Shown here: positions 22,720-24,396 of the stretch, piece after piece | Numbering within the stretch: the stretch's first letter is position 1 | How the letters are laid out: each line of letters opens with the position of its first letter | Origin: a virus | Taxonomy: Duplodnaviria > Caudoviricetes | Strand: one strand, 5' to 3' | Length of the DNA: 24,396 nucleotides | IMG/VR virus record: IMGVR_UViG_3300009146_000037 | Coordinates: 1-24,396 of that record | Position numbers and translations under genes: made by a program | Notes under the pieces: generated by a model | Database searches by the model: none | Told to the model about the DNA's origin: nothing | What the model saw: only the letters and a program-made list of their open reading frames with translations

Positions 22720-23118
22720 GTGAACGCTCCTTACGACACCGCCCGCTATAAGTTTGTAACGGCTGGGCTGAACTGGCTGACAACGCAATTGCGTCTGACC
22801 GCGTGGGGTGGTGTGCCGCAATTCGTGGCGACCGATACGATGGTCAGCGATTTGACGACGCGCGGCGTGCCTTTGCTCGGTACATCGCAGCCTATCACTG
22901 TGACCACGGTCACACCCGACGGCACGGCGCAGACCAATAAGGTGGTCATCCCCAACGTGCCAGTGGGTCCGGATGTGACCCATTTCACCATGGGCGACAC
23001 GTCCGGCAGACTGATCCTGTTCATCGATCAGGCGTTGGGGCTTCCCTTTGTCACGAATGGTCTCGATATCGTCGTGCAGCCTGATTTTCTACAGCAGCGA
23101 GGTTGGTTCAAAGCATGA
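22720..23118 (+). CDS. putative virion structural protein
   Basis: 132 aa, beta-rich (LILFID...GLPFVTNGLDIVV); AGGAG RBS. Confidence 0.65.
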   Translation: MNAPYDTARYKFVTAGLNWLTTQLRLTAWGGVPQFVATDTMVSDLTTRGVPLLGTSQPITVTTVTPDGTAQTNKVVIPNVPVGPDVTHFTMGDTSGRLILFIDQALGLPFVTNGLDIVVQPDFLQQRGWFKA

Positions 23119-23513
23119 CCGATCCGCTGCTCTCCTATTACGGCCATCCCATTCTTCCTGCTGGATACAACAGCTGGGAAAACGACGGCGACGACATCAA
23201 TGGCCCCGGCGTAAATGAGCCGGTGTGGCCGTATCTGTTCGACAGCTTCATCCCATTGGAAGTGCTGATCATTACGCCGGAGATGATGGAAATTTTCGAT
23301 GGCTGCGCTGATTACGTGGTGCCAGGTATGGTCAGGGACATTCCGGTGCCGTCGGAGCCGCAGGTCTACCTGCTGGGAGCGCCACTGGACGAAGTAAAGA
23401 TCACCATGCCGCTGACCGAATTTGTCATTGCGGCTGCGGACAACGTGATTGCCTTCCCGGCCGAGCAACGCACGCTGGTCATTCCGGGTGAATCGCTGAA
23501 GAGGAGTGCCTGA
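23115..23513 (+). CDS. hypothetical structural-region protein
   Basis: 132 aa from ATG 23115, ATGA and TGATG coupling. Confidence 0.65.
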   Translation: MTDPLLSYYGHPILPAGYNSWENDGDDINGPGVNEPVWPYLFDSFIPLEVLIITPEMMEIFDGCADYVVPGMVRDIPVPSEPQVYLLGAPLDEVKITMPLTEFVIAAADNVIAFPAEQRTLVIPGESLKRSA

Positions 23514-23812
23514 TGTCGTCGACGCTGAAAATGTACCGCAAGAGCGTCGTCGAACGGCGGCGACTCTATCTCGATTATTCCTGCTGGCTGGAAGAAACGG
23601 AGGTGTTGACCGACTTCCAGGTGACCATCTACCCCTATACGGAGGACGCGCCACTGTCGGTGACCGCCGCCTATACCGACGTCACCAACAAGAAGCTGGC
23701 GATGTTTGTCGGCGCCGGCAAGGGAAACATCGACTATACCATCCAGATGGTGGTTTCGACCGACGCCGGGCAGGTCAAGCGTGATGATATTGGGTTGAGA
23801 GTTACCCCATGA
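23513..23812 (+). CDS. putative fibre/tail adaptor protein
   Basis: 99 aa beta-sandwich-like (LYLDYSCWL...[17 protein letters not shown]), directly before the fibre gene. Confidence 0.6.
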   Translation: MSSTLKMYRKSVVERRRLYLDYSCWLEETEVLTDFQVTIYPYTEDAPLSVTAAYTDVTNKKLAMFVGAGKGNIDYTIQMVVSTDAGQVKRDDIGLRVTP

Positions 23813-24396
23813 CTGTGCCGATGATGCTGTTCACCAACAATGCGTCGTCACGGCTCTACGCCAGTATCGACGCCATAACGACGTCTATCCGTGTCCAGAA
23901 TGGCGATGGCGCCAAGTTCCCTACTGTCGGTGCGCCGGAGGAATATTACACCGTCACCATCGAGGACCGGCGTACCGGTCAGATCGAAATCTGCAAGGGC
24001 ATTGGCAAGTCCGGTGACATCCTCAACGTGGTGCGCGGCCAGGAAGGCACGACGGCGCAGACGTTCGCGATGGGGGCGACGGTTTCCAACCGGCTCACGG
24101 CAGGGACGATGGACTTCCTGGCGCATGCCGGGGCGCAGGGGCCGCAAGGGGAAGTTGGCCCGGTGGGGCCGCAGGGCGAGACAGGCCCGCAGGGACCGAA
24201 AGGCGATACCGGTGCGGATTCGACAGTACCTGGTCCACCGGGAGCGACTGGTCCGCAAGGCAGCACGGGAGCGACCGGCGCCCAAGGTCCACAAGGCGTG
24301 CCCGGCCCGCAAGGCGTGCAGGGGCCGCAGGGGCAGACAGGACCGCAAGGTGCGAAAGGCGACACAGGCGCTGCCTCGACGGTGCCTGGTCCGCAG
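23809..24396 (+). CDS. tail fibre protein with collagen-like repeats (3' partial)
   Basis: Manual: [16 protein letters not shown]...[26 protein letters not shown], then Gly-X-Y repeats from about 24130 with STVPGP interruptions; open to the window end. Confidence 0.88.
   Translation, partial: MTVPMMLFTNNASSRLYASIDAITTSIRVQNGDGAKFPTVGAPEEYYTVTIEDRRTGQIEICKGIGKSGDILNVVRGQEGTTAQTFAMGATVSNRLTAGTMDFLAHAGAQGPQGEVGPVGPQGETGPQGPKGDTGADSTVPGPPGATGPQGSTGATGAQGPQGVPGPQGVQGPQGQTGPQGAKGDTGAASTVPGPQ

Noticed and set aside
13241-24365. Long minus-strand ORFs over the right arm (13241-14413, 16464-17531, 18119-18856, 19520-20620, 21295-22215, 23979-24365)
   Set aside because: Shadows of well-supported plus-strand genes; the GPCGP repeats are the antisense of the collagen codons.
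1-24396. CRISPR array, tRNA, integrase/att, DGR reverse transcriptase, hammerhead ribozyme
   Set aside because: No regularly spaced repeats, cloverleaf, recombinase/RT motifs or CUGANGA-GAAA core found by eye.

Overview
GC-rich fragment of a tailed dsDNA phage genome (probably podovirus-like; an alphaproteobacterial host is only a guess). It has two divergent arms. The left arm (1-12023, minus strand) is an early/accessory region with two tandem ParB-like HTH proteins, about 25 small ORFs, a Cys-His-Asp transglutaminase-like protein, a vWA/HEXXH + MoxR-type AAA + DUF3150-like trio, a cluster of small secreted/membrane proteins and an HhH-GPD glycosylase-like first gene. About 1 kb of hairpin-dense DNA without a convincing ORF (12024-13025) separates the arms. 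The right arm has a ribbon-helix-helix regulator, an acidic protein, an Acb2/Tad1-like candidate nucleotide sponge, an inverted terS-terL pair, then portal, three small basic proteins, scaffold, major capsid, head-tail proteins and a collagen-repeat fibre running off the end. The most striking unexplained signals are DNA motifs. (i) A bipartite motif CTAGGGWAV-N8-TARTG occurs 5 times, all intergenic and co-oriented. (ii) A polar 9-mer ATGATAGCG occurs 6 times, only in the early arm and in different reading frames. (iii) Start-associated AGGACC repeats sit at early gene junctions. (iv) There is a perfect 24-bp palindrome. Together with the ParB pair these suggest an undescribed early-region control system. 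All family calls come from motif recognition by eye; no database search was run.
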